Sequence record: ON568341.1
DNA: 64,000 bases
Strand: one strand, 5' to 3'
Shown here: in pieces, positions 1-10,696 of the stretch
Layout of the letters: each line of letters begins with the position of its first letter
Numbering within the stretch: the stretch's first letter is position 1
Notes under the pieces: model-generated
Seen by the model: the letters and a program-made list of their open reading frames with translations, nothing else
What the model was told of the DNA's origin: nothing
Database searches by the model: none
Position numbers and translations under genes: made by a program

Positions 1-2
1 AT

Positions 3-674
3 TTCCGTGATCTCTGGAAAGTATGGGCTAAAGATAATGATTATGATTACAAAGAAAAGAACTTCTATGATGATTTTGTACCTAATGAAGACCGTGGTGC
101 AGATGTTCATGAATTCTTTAAGATTAAAGAGTTCGTAAAACTTTGTAAGAAATATAACCGCCAGCGTGAGCGTTCAGTACAAGATAATATCATTGATACG
201 ATGGCAGATACTTACTATTATAGTAAAGCAATGCACATTGGTTACTATGGTAATTCAAGAGAAGCCTCTGTTATCGTTGATATCGACGGAACTCTTGCTC
301 ATAAATGGGGTCGTAATCCTTACGATGAAAGTACTGTACTACAAGATACACCAGATGAAGAAGTTATTTTGTCTATTATCGCTGAAGCAGTTTTCCATAA
401 ACGTAAGATTATTGTAATGAGTGGGCGTACTGAAGGGTGTCGTGCAGACACAGAACAGTGGCTTAAGAATTGGGGTGTTCCTTACGATGCATTGTTTATG
501 CGAGGCATCGATGATAAACGACCCGATGATGTGGTAAAATATGAGTTGTATATGAATAACGTCGTGCATCATTACGATGTTAAAAAAGTATACGATGACA
601 GATCACAAGTCGTATTCATGTGGCGTAAACTACTTGGATTAAAAGTGATGCAAGTTGCAGAAGGAAATTTCTGA
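3..674 (+). CDS. pseT: Polynucleotide kinase/3'-phosphatase (PNKP), 5'-truncated by the window edge
   Basis: The frame is open from position 3 and continues in frame into the listed ORF 201..674. It has the HAD motif DIDGTLA, SGR, RPDDVVK and the DDRSQVVFMWR...QVAEGNF ending typical of T4 PseT. Confidence 0.85.
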   Translation, partial: FRDLWKVWAKDNDYDYKEKNFYDDFVPNEDRGADVHEFFKIKEFVKLCKKYNRQRERSVQDNIIDTMADTYYYSKAMHIGYYGNSREASVIVDIDGTLAHKWGRNPYDESTVLQDTPDEEVILSIIAEAVFHKRKIIVMSGRTEGCRADTEQWLKNWGVPYDALFMRGIDDKRPDDVVKYELYMNNVVHHYDVKKVYDDRSQVVFMWRKLLGLKVMQVAEGNF

Positions 675-677
675 CAC

Positions 678-706
678 AAAAGGGATCAATGTATGATCCC
701 TTTTTC
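678..706 (+). terminator. Rho-independent terminator
   Basis: aaagggatca/tgatcccttt stem followed by a T-run. Confidence 0.8.
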
Positions 707-723
707 TTTTAAGGTATATTATA

Positions 724-900
724 ATGAATGTAAAAACACAGATGTTATTACAAAAAGAATACTTAGAAAATATAGAAATGTTCTATAGATTGTCTTTATA
801 CGAAAATAAACATAAAAAATATAACTTTTCTAAACAACTAACCACAAGTACTAATGATTATCTATTTTCATCAATGTTTTATGTGAGAGGTTTATTATAA
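724..900 (+). CDS. Hypothetical protein (58 aa, below ORF-track cutoff)
   Basis: ATG at 724; the TAA overlaps the next start at 900. Confidence 0.45.
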   Translation: MNVKTQMLLQKEYLENIEMFYRLSLYENKHKKYNFSKQLTTSTNDYLFSSMFYVRGLL

Positions 901-1157
901 TGGATAAATTTCACACAGATATAACACAGATAGGTAATCTTATCAATAGTCTAATTACTGATTTAGAAGAAAAGTACTTAGGTCGAAATGTATACGTTGA
1001 AATGTATGAAACATATGGTGTTATTGATATGATTTATTACAGTGCATTGAAGTGTGAAATACGTTTAACAGTATGTTTGTTTGAAAAAGATACATTCAAC
1101 AGAAGTACTGCAATTCGTCAGGTTGGTGTAGATGACATTGAATTATATGAGGAATAA
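900..1157 (+). CDS. Hypothetical small protein (family A)
   Basis: Coupled ORF; helix followed by DLEEKYLGRNVYV. Confidence 0.7.
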   Translation: MDKFHTDITQIGNLINSLITDLEEKYLGRNVYVEMYETYGVIDMIYYSALKCEIRLTVCLFEKDTFNRSTAIRQVGVDDIELYEE

Positions 1158-1411
1158 TGATGTTTGAACAGGACGTAGAGCTATTCAAAAGACATATTGA
1201 ATATTTGACTGTTTTAGAGAATGATTTAACCACAAAATACAAAGGAATTAGAGTCCAGTGTTGGTATGATGACTGGGATTATAAAAGGGAACTTACTATT
1301 GACCGAATTTATTTCAGTGATGGTGTACTGAATGTACATGGTGTAAATGATTTTGGTCATTCATATACATATTCTAATAATGCTAAATTTAAAAGGATCT
1401 GCAATGAATGA
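1157..1411 (+). CDS. Hypothetical small protein (family A)
   Basis: Coupled ORF; NDLTTKYKGIRVQC. Confidence 0.7.
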   Translation: MMFEQDVELFKRHIEYLTVLENDLTTKYKGIRVQCWYDDWDYKRELTIDRIYFSDGVLNVHGVNDFGHSYTYSNNAKFKRICNE

Positions 1412-1706
1412 ATATTATCATAATTTATTCGATTACATAAAACTAATAGATGATCTTTCTTTTGAATTTCTCAGTACTGAAAAAGTTGATGAACCTCTCT
1501 ATTATGATTGTATTAGTTCACTGTGTTTAGATGAAAAAGAGATATTAGCAAATAACTTACCATCCACGGTCTGTGTAATCAATGGTTCCAAGGCTGTGGT
1601 GTCTGAGGTTAATTTTCATAAATCACTTAATACAATTGTTTACAAGTTCGATAACACTTGGTTTAATCACGTAACTAGTAATATTAAATCTGTGAGATTT
1701 TTATGA
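1404..1706 (+). CDS. Hypothetical protein
   Basis: AAGGA RBS before ATG 1404; coupled to neighbours. Confidence 0.65.
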   Translation: MNEYYHNLFDYIKLIDDLSFEFLSTEKVDEPLYYDCISSLCLDEKEILANNLPSTVCVINGSKAVVSEVNFHKSLNTIVYKFDNTWFNHVTSNIKSVRFL

Positions 1707-1999
1707 ATATAAAAAAATTATTTGAACAAGTAAATTTATTGTACTTGTGTTCAGACGGCTCAGATAAGGAATATAGTGAAGTTTATTTAGAACTATTTAG
1801 AACTGAAATACATCTAATTCGAAGATACCTAATTGATAACAAAACTGAAGTAAAAGTTAGATACCATAATGGTACTTTAAAGAATGGTATAATTATTGGA
1901 TTGATAGTTACAAGAATGTCCAGTAATATTAAAGTTGCAGTAAGATTAATGACTGATGATGGTGTCTACACAATAGAAGCTAATGAGATTATATATTAA
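1703..1999 (+). CDS. Hypothetical protein
   Basis: ATGA overlap with the upstream gene. Confidence 0.7.
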   Translation: MNIKKLFEQVNLLYLCSDGSDKEYSEVYLELFRTEIHLIRRYLIDNKTEVKVRYHNGTLKNGIIIGLIVTRMSSNIKVAVRLMTDDGVYTIEANEIIY

Positions 2000-2305
2000 A
2001 TGGATATACAAACATTCAATAAACTAAAGTACTATGATAATGGTTTTGTATTAATAATTAACGAACTTGATAGTATACCATACGAATATCATAATCAAGT
2101 AATGAATATAGTAAAAAATATATGTGAAGAACTAAAAAGTATATTTAAAAATGAATATGTTTATGATTTAGGTAATAATAGAACAAAACTATACATAAAG
2201 AAATTCTGGGGAACACATTGTGGTTTGATGGTCGATTTGGGTTTAAGTTTAGACAATAATTTCGAATCATGTTCATTATATTTGGACGAAATGAGAATCT
2301 CATGA
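2000..2305 (+). CDS. Hypothetical protein
   Basis: Abuts the upstream stop codon. Confidence 0.7.
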   Translation: MDIQTFNKLKYYDNGFVLIINELDSIPYEYHNQVMNIVKNICEELKSIFKNEYVYDLGNNRTKLYIKKFWGTHCGLMVDLGLSLDNNFESCSLYLDEMRIS

Positions 2306-2362
2306 GACATAAGGACATTCGGTGATATAATTTGATTATATCATTAATAAGGAGAGGTTGAA

Positions 2363-2689
2363 GTGAATGGGTCGTTTTTAGAAATACTAGAAAAGACAAC
2401 TGGGATGCTTTCAAGTTCACTAATGCACATTTTCAGTACTAGTAATTTTTACGATTCGCGTGTGTTAGATGTAATTTGTAATAGCTATGTTGAATGTGTG
2501 TCTAATACAATATGTCCATTTAACGCTTATTCAAATGATGGTGTTGAAAAGTTTATTATATCCAAGATTCAATGTGGTTTTGGTGATTGGATAGTTCTAT
2601 GTGAACGTAGTGGTGTGTCTTTATACATCGAAGAAATTGGAAAATTTATATACAAAGGAGTAGAATATGTTAGTCCCAATTATTATTAG
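2363..2689 (+). CDS. Hypothetical protein
   Basis: GTG start after AAGGAGAGG. Confidence 0.65.
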   Translation: MNGSFLEILEKTTGMLSSSLMHIFSTSNFYDSRVLDVICNSYVECVSNTICPFNAYSNDGVEKFIISKIQCGFGDWIVLCERSGVSLYIEEIGKFIYKGVEYVSPNYY

Positions 2690-3314
2690 TAGTGCATATG
2701 TCATCGGTATTATTATTTCTGGTATGCTTGCATATAACTATAACAGAAGTATTCTAGGTTATGCAGTACTTGGTGCAGTTCTAAGCCCAGTAATTGCAAT
2801 TGGTGTTCTTATCATCTTAGGTGAGAAAAACACAAAATATTTTATTACTGAAGAACTTGATAAAATCACTCCAGCACCGGAGACGGTTATTCCAGAAGTT
2901 GAAGAAGAAGTAAAAGAAGTTGAAGTTCAAATGCAAGTTAAAGTACATAATACACTCGAAGAAACTGATCCTAAAGTTGTGGTGAATGTAGTTCCTGTCG
3001 TTGAAGATGTAAAACCAAAAGCCCAAAGATCCAAAAAAACCACTAAAACACAGAAAAATACTAAAACTGCAAAAAAATCACGTAACACTAAAGGTAAGAA
3101 TAAAGGGAAATCGACGGATGAACAACAACTAGGTGTTCATAACCATACTGCACAAATTACATCGGCAGCGGCAGCGGGGGCAATCGTAACATCACCAATC
3201 TACAACAATGATGATTACAGTGATTATAGTCGTCACAGTAGTTCCCCTTCTGATTCTTGTTCTTATGATAGTTCTAGCTCTGATTCAAGTTCATCTTCTG
3301 GAAGTTGTGATTAA
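2667..3314 (+). CDS. Membrane protein with Lys-rich linker and Ser/Asp-rich tail
   Basis: Two N-terminal hydrophobic helices; C-terminal DSSSSDSSSSSGSCD. Confidence 0.7.
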   Translation: MLVPIIISSAYVIGIIISGMLAYNYNRSILGYAVLGAVLSPVIAIGVLIILGEKNTKYFITEELDKITPAPETVIPEVEEEVKEVEVQMQVKVHNTLEETDPKVVVNVVPVVEDVKPKAQRSKKTTKTQKNTKTAKKSRNTKGKNKGKSTDEQQLGVHNHTAQITSAAAAGAIVTSPIYNNDDYSDYSRHSSSPSDSCSYDSSSSDSSSSSGSCD

Positions 3315-3643
3315 TGTCAATGAAACCACTAATTCAACATAATATTTTTTATAGTTCATTATTCAAAATACAAGATGATTTTTATCAGACGTTGAGTAAT
3401 GATCTTATAGGTAAAACTGTACGATATTCAGACCAATACATCAAACGTATGACAAGTCAGTATATTGACCCTGAATACGAATACGACATTGAACACATTA
3501 ATCCCAATACTAGAATGAAAATCATTGAGATATTTAAGAATGGGAGAACTATAGGTGCTGAAATTGAGTACTTGAATTGTGATTGTTACATAGATACTGA
3601 GTTGAGTTTAGATTATCTTGTTTTAGTGGATGATGAGGAATAA
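3314..3643 (+). CDS. Hypothetical small protein (family A)
   Basis: SNDLIGKTVRY motif; coupled. Confidence 0.7.
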   Translation: MSMKPLIQHNIFYSSLFKIQDDFYQTLSNDLIGKTVRYSDQYIKRMTSQYIDPEYEYDIEHINPNTRMKIIEIFKNGRTIGAEIEYLNCDCYIDTELSLDYLVLVDDEE

Positions 3644-3645
3644 TT

Positions 3646-3861
3646 ATGATAACATTTTTCGCAATATATGGATTTGTAACATTTGTTACATTTATAACCA
3701 ACTTTTTAGTACTTAATTGGGGTTGTTTTAAAGATGAAATCATGATTGCCATGAATCTCCAAACAGCAGCACTAATGGCTATTATTTGGCCTGTAACGTT
3801 AGTATACCTTTTTATTTCACTTACTCAAGATATTATTAACAAATATAAGAGAAAGAACTAA
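3646..3861 (+). CDS. Small membrane protein
   Basis: Two hydrophobic segments and an IIWPVTL motif. Confidence 0.7.
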   Translation: MITFFAIYGFVTFVTFITNFLVLNWGCFKDEIMIAMNLQTAALMAIIWPVTLVYLFISLTQDIINKYKRKN

Positions 3862-4118
3862 TGTTCAAAACCGACTTATCACATTTTCGATATCTTAGGT
3901 CTTTGGCTGATGATTTTATAAATGATCTTAAGCCAAAATATATTGGTCAAGAAGTACGATTAATAAACTCCAGAGGGTATGGAAAGTATATTATAACGGA
4001 TATGTATATTAGTGCTGGTGAGTGGTGTTTTAAAATTAACACTTATCTTAAAGATGGTTCTTTTGCTGGAACACAAGTTACTAAACATACTAATATTATA
4101 TGGTTGGAGCAACAATGA
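3861..4118 (+). CDS. Hypothetical small protein (family A)
   Basis: NDLKPKYIGQEVRL. Confidence 0.7.
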   Translation: MFKTDLSHFRYLRSLADDFINDLKPKYIGQEVRLINSRGYGKYIITDMYISAGEWCFKINTYLKDGSFAGTQVTKHTNIIWLEQQ

Positions 4119-4858
4119 AACACTTTTTAGAAGTAACCGTGCCTGATGATAAAGATTTATATATTGTAGGTGATTTGCATGGTAATGGTAAACTATGGGA
4201 TGCTACAGTAAAAGAATTTGGTATTACACACAATGATTATGTTTTCAGTGTAGGTGATGTTATCGACCGTGGAGAACAAAATTCAAAGCTCCTTTTTGAA
4301 TTTTTGTTCGGTGAAAATCGTTACATGATTGCTGGTAATCATGAGATGATGTGTGTTGATTCTGAAACACTTCGAGATTGGTATCATTGTTGGATAAGTA
4401 ATGGTGGTGATAAATTCCTTGATGAAGTTGGAGGGACAGGTATTCAATTCTTTCGTCAGTACTTGAAAGATTTACCTATGATTATCCAAATCAACCATAG
4501 AGGCTTGAAGATCGGGTTAGTTCATGCTGGAGTTCCTTTGGAATATACAACATGGGAACGATTTGTTAATGGGACAAAATCACTTAGTGCTGATATAGTT
4601 GATAAGTGCTTGTGGGATAGGAAAACATTCGATTATTGTAGGACAAATAATACTTATTATGCACCTAAGTTAGATGGAGTGCATTGTGTCTTTAGTGGAC
4701 ATACAGCAGTTACTGAACCACTCATTTATGGCAATCGCATTTGGATTGATAGTCAGTTCTTGACGGGTGACTTAACTCTCGCTACTCCACAAAGTGGTGG
4801 GATGAGATACTTACGTAAAGAAAAAGATGAGTACTCATTCAGTCGTTTCAAAAGGTAA
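4115..4858 (+). CDS. Ser/Thr protein phosphatase-type metallophosphoesterase (NinI/PphA-like)
   Basis: GDLHG, GDVIDRG, GNHE, HAG and SGHT motifs. Confidence 0.9.
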   Translation: MKHFLEVTVPDDKDLYIVGDLHGNGKLWDATVKEFGITHNDYVFSVGDVIDRGEQNSKLLFEFLFGENRYMIAGNHEMMCVDSETLRDWYHCWISNGGDKFLDEVGGTGIQFFRQYLKDLPMIIQINHRGLKIGLVHAGVPLEYTTWERFVNGTKSLSADIVDKCLWDRKTFDYCRTNNTYYAPKLDGVHCVFSGHTAVTEPLIYGNRIWIDSQFLTGDLTLATPQSGGMRYLRKEKDEYSFSRFKR

Positions 4859-4863
4859 TAATT

Positions 4864-5133
4864 ATGCATGATGTAGTTAAAAAATATTTGAATGATAGAT
4901 ATATCATGGAAAAATCTATTAATTCTATCCTAAAAGATCATGATAATCAAATACGTGAGATTCTATCAAATAAACTTATTGGTTGTTCAGTTGAGTTCAA
5001 CTACAAAAAGAATGTAGTGAAGATTGGAGTTATTAAACGTGTAGTTGCTGTTTATGACCAAAATGTATATGTTGAAATTGAATATGATGGTAAATTATCA
5101 CAATTAAGTACTGAAGATTTAACATTTTTATAA
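4864..5133 (+). CDS. Hypothetical small protein (family A, SH3-like)
   Basis: SNKLIGCSVEF...GVIKRVV. Confidence 0.7.
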   Translation: MHDVVKKYLNDRYIMEKSINSILKDHDNQIREILSNKLIGCSVEFNYKKNVVKIGVIKRVVAVYDQNVYVEIEYDGKLSQLSTEDLTFL

Positions 5134-5143
5134 GGAAATAGAA

Positions 5144-5371
5144 ATGAAAGTAATTCAAGTTATGGTAGAAAAATACCAAACTGAAGATGGTCGTATTTTT
5201 GATTCAGCTAAACAAGCTGAACATCATGAACGTATTATTTCGGGTACACGTAAAGTGTGTCCTACATGTAATGGAACACAACAAGTGCCGTCAGAAGATT
5301 ACCGCAGCTTTTATGCTTGTCCATACTGTGATGGGAAAGGCTATGTAGAAAAACAAGAGGTATGGAAATGA
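5144..5371 (+). CDS. DnaJ-type zinc-finger small protein
   Basis: CPTCNGT and CPYCDGKG (CxxCxGxG) repeats. Confidence 0.7.
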   Translation: MKVIQVMVEKYQTEDGRIFDSAKQAEHHERIISGTRKVCPTCNGTQQVPSEDYRSFYACPYCDGKGYVEKQEVWK

Positions 5372-5781
5372 AATTGTATTGCTTAACTAATATGTACTGT
5401 CAAGGTGTCCAAGCTGGTATTCAAGCATTTCATGCTGGTGTTAAACTAATCAAAGAATATGAAGGTACTGCTTTCAGTACTATGATTGATGAATGGTATA
5501 ATGAGCACGAAACTATTGTAGTACTAAATGCGGGTGGACATGATAAATTAAATTCTTATTATAAAGACCTTAACAAACAGGGAACAGTTCCGTTTGCCAA
5601 ATTCAATGAAGCTGGATTGAATGATGCTATTACATGTATCGCAGTACTGTGTACATCTGAAATGATTGAAGACATGGCTGTTATGCGTATGAATCTTCCT
5701 GCTGGTGATCAGCTAATGCAAGTGAAATATGGTGCATTGTTTGACACACTTAAAGCAATCAGTACGATGAGGACAATTTGA
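5368..5781 (+). CDS. Peptidyl-tRNA hydrolase type 2 (Pth2)-like protein
   Basis: GIQAFHA resembles the Pth2 AQxxHA motif; EW...TIVVL; PFAKFNEAG...ITCIAV. Confidence 0.55.
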   Translation: MKLYCLTNMYCQGVQAGIQAFHAGVKLIKEYEGTAFSTMIDEWYNEHETIVVLNAGGHDKLNSYYKDLNKQGTVPFAKFNEAGLNDAITCIAVLCTSEMIEDMAVMRMNLPAGDQLMQVKYGALFDTLKAISTMRTI

Positions 5782-6980
5782 TGGATTTTCCAGAGAAGTT
5801 ATTTGTTGCACGTTCCTATGTAAACCACAACCAAGTTGATGGTTTTATCATTGATGCAACCAAATCACACACAAAAGCATTTGAAACAAAGAAAGAAAGA
5901 GCAGAGTATTGGGCAAAGAAGAACAATCTTCCATCGTTGTTTATTGACAACGTTCCAACCACTGGATTTTGTGTAGTTGATAAATTAACAATTCATGCAC
6001 GAGAAACATATTTCACAATCCGTCACCCAGAAGGATTTGAATTTATGATTAGTGCAAAAAACATGAATGATTTAATTATCAATAATGATATCATTAAAGG
6101 TGTTTTTGTAGACCCAATGTTTTTTAACAATAACTTAGAATTGATTAATGGTAAAACAAAAACATTTGCTAAGTTAGTTGAAAAACAAAATAAAAAAGAA
6201 CAACAAAAAGAAACTGTGGCAAGTCTTAAAGTTGGTGATGGTTTCACTTATCTTAAAGAAGATTACTATTACTGCGGTAAAGTACATGCAATTTGTATCA
6301 AGAAAACTAAAGAATTTGCATATCCAGATAAAAGTTCAATATATCATTTAGTTTTTAATAGTACTCGTGGAACTTATGCATTGAATCAACGTTTGGATAA
6401 TTACAATCTGGAACCTCGTGCACTCTTGAATAAGAAGACTACGACAGATGAAGAAATTAAACTTGCTAATGAATTTTGGCAAAGCTATAGAATAAACAGA
6501 CATAACCCATTAGGTGAATCTAACATTCCAGTACTGGTACACAATAAATCATTTAAAGCAAAAGACCTTAAAATTAAATACGAAGAAATAAATGTTGATG
6601 ATCTTATGAACAATGGACGTTTCAACGAAAACGTACCATTCATGACTAAAGATAATGAACAATCTTATCGCGTATTTTTTGGTGTAAGTGATAATACGAC
6701 ACGTAGTTATTATGGACGTAGCGGGGATTATACTATTCATTATATTGATAAATTTGAACGCTTTAGTGCATACCCAGTTCAAATTGATGATAATGGAATT
6801 ATGTCAATGGATGTTGATATTAATGAGCACACATCATTTAGTACATGGAATGGTTATCGTTCTCCATTCTTTCCACCAAATGAACGCAAAACATCAAGTA
6901 CTCGTTACTATCAGGATAAACCATGTCACGTCCAATTATCAATTAGCAATCCACTTTTTATTGGAAAGTATTATCTATAA
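5781..6980 (+). CDS. Hypothetical protein (about 400 aa)
   Basis: Long coupled ORF; no motif recognised. Confidence 0.8.
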   Translation: MDFPEKLFVARSYVNHNQVDGFIIDATKSHTKAFETKKERAEYWAKKNNLPSLFIDNVPTTGFCVVDKLTIHARETYFTIRHPEGFEFMISAKNMNDLIINNDIIKGVFVDPMFFNNNLELINGKTKTFAKLVEKQNKKEQQKETVASLKVGDGFTYLKEDYYYCGKVHAICIKKTKEFAYPDKSSIYHLVFNSTRGTYALNQRLDNYNLEPRALLNKKTTTDEEIKLANEFWQSYRINRHNPLGESNIPVLVHNKSFKAKDLKIKYEEINVDDLMNNGRFNENVPFMTKDNEQSYRVFFGVSDNTTRSYYGRSGDYTIHYIDKFERFSAYPVQIDDNGIMSMDVDINEHTSFSTWNGYRSPFFPPNERKTSSTRYYQDKPCHVQLSISNPLFIGKYYL

Positions 6981-6991
6981 AGGAATATACA

Positions 6992-8413
6992 ATGAGCATT
7001 TTAGCAATTCTTGAAAGCATTAAAAATACTAGCAGTACTCTGGGTAAAAAAGCTATCCTTGAACAAAACAAAGATAACCAAACATTACAAAAAGTACTGA
7101 AATATACACTAGACCCTTCAATTGTAAGTGGGTATAAAAAGCTACCACAAGCTGATGATGTCTACCAACATATGACATTAGATGAAGCAATTGATAAGCT
7201 AGAATGCATTTACAAACGTGGTGTAACCGGAAATGCTGGACGTGACTTTATTGCTTCAGTACTGGGTTCTGTATCTGAAGATGATCAGGAAGTTCTACGA
7301 AGAATGCTCACTAAGAACCTTGATTGTGGTATTCAAGAAAAGAACTGCAATGATGTGTTCGGGAAAGGTTTTATCAAAGACGAACCATACATGCGTTGTT
7401 CTTTGATTGACAAAAAGACTGCAAAGAACATTAACTTCAAAGATTATGGTTATGCTATATCAGAAGTGAAAATGGATGGTCAGTACTTGAACCACGTTGT
7501 CATTAATGGTTCATTAACTTCTACATCCCGTAATGGTAAACTATACGACTTCCTGGGTTGTCGTGATGGTGAGATGGCAGGTCTTGCTCACATCATCCAA
7601 AGTAAAGATGAACGTTTTAGTAGTGGTGTAGTCTTTATGGGTGAAGGTGTAGTACTGGACAATGATGGAGAAACCATTCTCCCACGCACTACTGGCAATG
7701 GTATAATTCAGAAAGCTGGAAAAGATAGTATCAGTCAGAATGAAGCAATGCGTACTGTATTTGTTCTATGGGATGTTGTTCCATATGATGCATTTTGTGA
7801 AGGTGTATGGGATGTAAAACGTAAAGAACGTCGCGAGATCTTAGTAGATGCAATTAACGAACTCAGTAGTGATTTTGTTCGTATGGTTGGATTCCGTAAA
7901 GTTCTAAACATCAAAGAAGCATTTGAGTACAATAGTGAACTAATGAACGAAGGTGAAGAGGGTTCAGTACTGAAATGTGAAGATGGTATCTGGAAATCTC
8001 ACACTTCTCCTAAGCAATTGAAAATGAAACTTAAAATGCAATTGGACTTGCGTATTGTTGGTTTCAATGAAGGTGAAGGTAAGCGTAAAGGTAGCCTTGG
8101 TTCTTTACAACTGGAAAGTGCTTGTGGTACATTGAAAGTTAATGTAGGTACTGGAATTAAAGAGAAAGACGCAGAATGGACGTTTAAAACCATTTGGGAA
8201 AGAATGCAAGAACTCATTGGTCAAGTAGTAACCGTGCAGTGCAATGATATAGTGTATGATCAGCGTACTGGCGAACCATCACTATTTTTACCTGTGTTTA
8301 TTGAATTTAGATTTGACAAAAACACTTGTGACGACTATACTCGTATCTTAGAAATTCGTGATAGTGCTGTTGAAGTTTTTAGTAATGCTATCATAAAATC
8401 GTTAACTAACTAA
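6992..8413 (+). CDS. lig: ATP-dependent DNA ligase
   Basis: EVKMDG adenylation motif, EGEG, EEGSVLK, and a C-terminal OB fold (LFLPVFIEFR). Confidence 0.93.
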   Translation: MSILAILESIKNTSSTLGKKAILEQNKDNQTLQKVLKYTLDPSIVSGYKKLPQADDVYQHMTLDEAIDKLECIYKRGVTGNAGRDFIASVLGSVSEDDQEVLRRMLTKNLDCGIQEKNCNDVFGKGFIKDEPYMRCSLIDKKTAKNINFKDYGYAISEVKMDGQYLNHVVINGSLTSTSRNGKLYDFLGCRDGEMAGLAHIIQSKDERFSSGVVFMGEGVVLDNDGETILPRTTGNGIIQKAGKDSISQNEAMRTVFVLWDVVPYDAFCEGVWDVKRKERREILVDAINELSSDFVRMVGFRKVLNIKEAFEYNSELMNEGEEGSVLKCEDGIWKSHTSPKQLKMKLKMQLDLRIVGFNEGEGKRKGSLGSLQLESACGTLKVNVGTGIKEKDAEWTFKTIWERMQELIGQVVTVQCNDIVYDQRTGEPSLFLPVFIEFRFDKNTCDDYTRILEIRDSAVEVFSNAIIKSLTN

Positions 8414-8424
8414 AAAAGAATAAT

Positions 8425-9495
8425 ATGTATACTATTGATGATGAAATAATTAATAATAAATTTATTTCTGATACATACAATGCATATGATATATCTAAAA
8501 TAATTCTCAAGGAAAAGTATCCTCAATTTGATTGGGATACTATTGACCTTGAGAATTTAAAAACTGATGATTATTGTAAAAATGACATTATTGGATATAT
8601 ACAAGATAAAAAAAATATAAAATTGTATGGCATTAAATGTGAAAAATGCTCCCAAAATTACAAACTAAATGGTCTAGGGATATATTTTTCATATAAAGGA
8701 AATTTAGTTAAGGGTAAGTGTCCATGTAATTGTAGTAAGCATAAATTCTACACAAAATATCAAAATATTTTTTTGATTAATGAAAAAGCAAAAACGTTAA
8801 ATTATATTTTTTGTGGTTTTGTTGATGAGTATAAAGGTAAAAATAAAACAAAAATAAAATTATATTGTCCAAATAACAAACATGGTATATGGGATACAAC
8901 ATTAATATATAGTTTTATAGAATCAAACAATGGATGTATTAAATGTGCACATGAATCAGTCGGGTTAAGTAATAGTATAACTTTCGCAGATCATATAAAA
9001 GATTTTTTATCAACTGGTAAGTATAATAAAAATACAAAATTTTGGAAATCTAATAAGATTGACAGTAGAGGATATAATAATTATTGGTTTTGCCAATGTC
9101 CAATATGTAAAACTACAGTTGAGGCATCTACTACAAATCTTAAAAGTGGGAAAGTATCATGTTTATGTAACGGGAACACCCAGCAACAGGGATATATAAA
9201 TTTAGTACTTGACAATGATATACCAATTGCATTAAAATATGGAATAACATCTAATACAGAAGTCAGAGAAAAAACACAAAATCGCAATTCAATCTATGAT
9301 ATTGTAAACTGTGGTGTCTGGGAGTTTGAATCTTCTTTGTTATGTAAATCAGCAGAAGCGGAATGTAAAAGAACTTTCTCACCAGTACTTGAAGCTCGTG
9401 AAATGAAAGATGGATATACTGAAACTACATCACCATTAGATATTGACAAAATCATTGAAATATATGAAAATTGGGGTGGTGTGCGAATAAAATAA
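8425..9495 (+). mobile_element. Free-standing homing endonuclease (GIY-YIG-like C-terminus, Zn-ribbon repeats)
   Basis: Very AT-rich; several CxxC pairs; C-terminal GYINL...KYGIT...E...E...DGYTET; inserted directly after the ligase. Confidence 0.65.
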
Positions 9496-9507
9496 CCGGA
9501 GGTAATT

Positions 9508-10299
9508 ATGAAATTTGTTGTAACGTCAGACGTACACGGTGGCACTGATTACCTCCATAGTGGTGATTACAGTGATACAGTACTGTTCATTGCTGGAGAC
9601 TTCGATGAAGTTAAACGCAGTCGTTACCGTACTGGTATCGAATCACTATGTAAGCAGTTCAAAAATGTAGTGCTGGTTCCTGGCAATCACGAATACTATG
9701 GTTCTAATATCCACAAAACGCATAAAGTTCTATCTGACATGCAAGATGAGATTCCCAATTTCATCTTTTTGCAAAACAAATTTGTATGGCTGGATGGGGT
9801 ACTTCTTGTTGGTAGTACTCTGTGGACAGACTTCGATAAAGGTAACTCTTTGACTAAGTTTGATGCTCGTCAAAAGATGAATGATTATAAACATATCCGT
9901 CATGGAACAACATCCGAGCCTTGGCGTAAGAAGTTGACACCAGATGATACGGAGTTCATGCATTATAAAGATAAACAATTTATTAAAAATTCTATTGACA
10001 CGGCTCGCTTTATGCATGATAATGATTTCAAGGTAATTGTGATTACACATCACGCACCAAGTTATCAAAGTGTTTCACCAAAATATAAAAATGATTCCCT
10101 GAATGGCTGTTACTGTTCAGATATGGATCAGTACATTGAAGATTTGGGTGCTGATATTTGGATTCATGGTCATGTTCATAGTAGCTTTGACTACCACATT
10201 GGTAAGACACGTATCATTTGTAATCCACGAGGCTATGAATCGTACAGTGGTGCTTGTGAGAATTTTGATTACAATCCTAAATTAGTATTTGAAATTTAA
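9508..10299 (+). CDS. Calcineurin-like metallophosphoesterase
   Basis: SDVH, AGD, GNHEYY, HHAP and HGHVH motifs. Confidence 0.9.
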   Translation: MKFVVTSDVHGGTDYLHSGDYSDTVLFIAGDFDEVKRSRYRTGIESLCKQFKNVVLVPGNHEYYGSNIHKTHKVLSDMQDEIPNFIFLQNKFVWLDGVLLVGSTLWTDFDKGNSLTKFDARQKMNDYKHIRHGTTSEPWRKKLTPDDTEFMHYKDKQFIKNSIDTARFMHDNDFKVIVITHHAPSYQSVSPKYKNDSLNGCYCSDMDQYIEDLGADIWIHGHVHSSFDYHIGKTRIICNPRGYESYSGACENFDYNPKLVFEI

Positions 10300-10311
10300 T
10301 AAGAGGATATT

Positions 10312-10695
10312 GTGTCATTAATTTATTTTGAACTACCCGAATATACCAATTATCCAAGCCGAGTTATTTGCTCAATATATAGTAATGCATACCATCACTT
10401 GTTAGTGAATAGTAATAAAGCTGTGCATTATTATCGAGATAAAGAACCAATTATATTAAAGAATCGTTATGGATTTAACTCAACTGATCCTGAAGTTAAA
10501 CTCTGTGATTTATCAGGGGAAGTGTTGGTTGTAATGAAATGTGATACTAATCTTTTCCATACATACAAACTTAATCAGTACTTTATGGAAACACTTTCTA
10601 TACGTTCCCATGCTCCGATGATTAAAGTTGATTTGAATTATGTTGATGATAAATTAAAATACGATCTCATAAATTCACTTGTTTATTTGGAGTAA
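10312..10695 (+). CDS. Hypothetical protein
   Basis: GTG start after GAGG. Confidence 0.65.
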   Translation: MSLIYFELPEYTNYPSRVICSIYSNAYHHLLVNSNKAVHYYRDKEPIILKNRYGFNSTDPEVKLCDLSGEVLVVMKCDTNLFHTYKLNQYFMETLSIRSHAPMIKVDLNYVDDKLKYDLINSLVYLE

Positions 10696-10696
10696 T

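Noticed and set aside
2667-3314. Ser-rich low-complexity tail as a DNA repeat element
   Set aside because: It is explained by protein low complexity; there is no exact tandem nucleotide unit.
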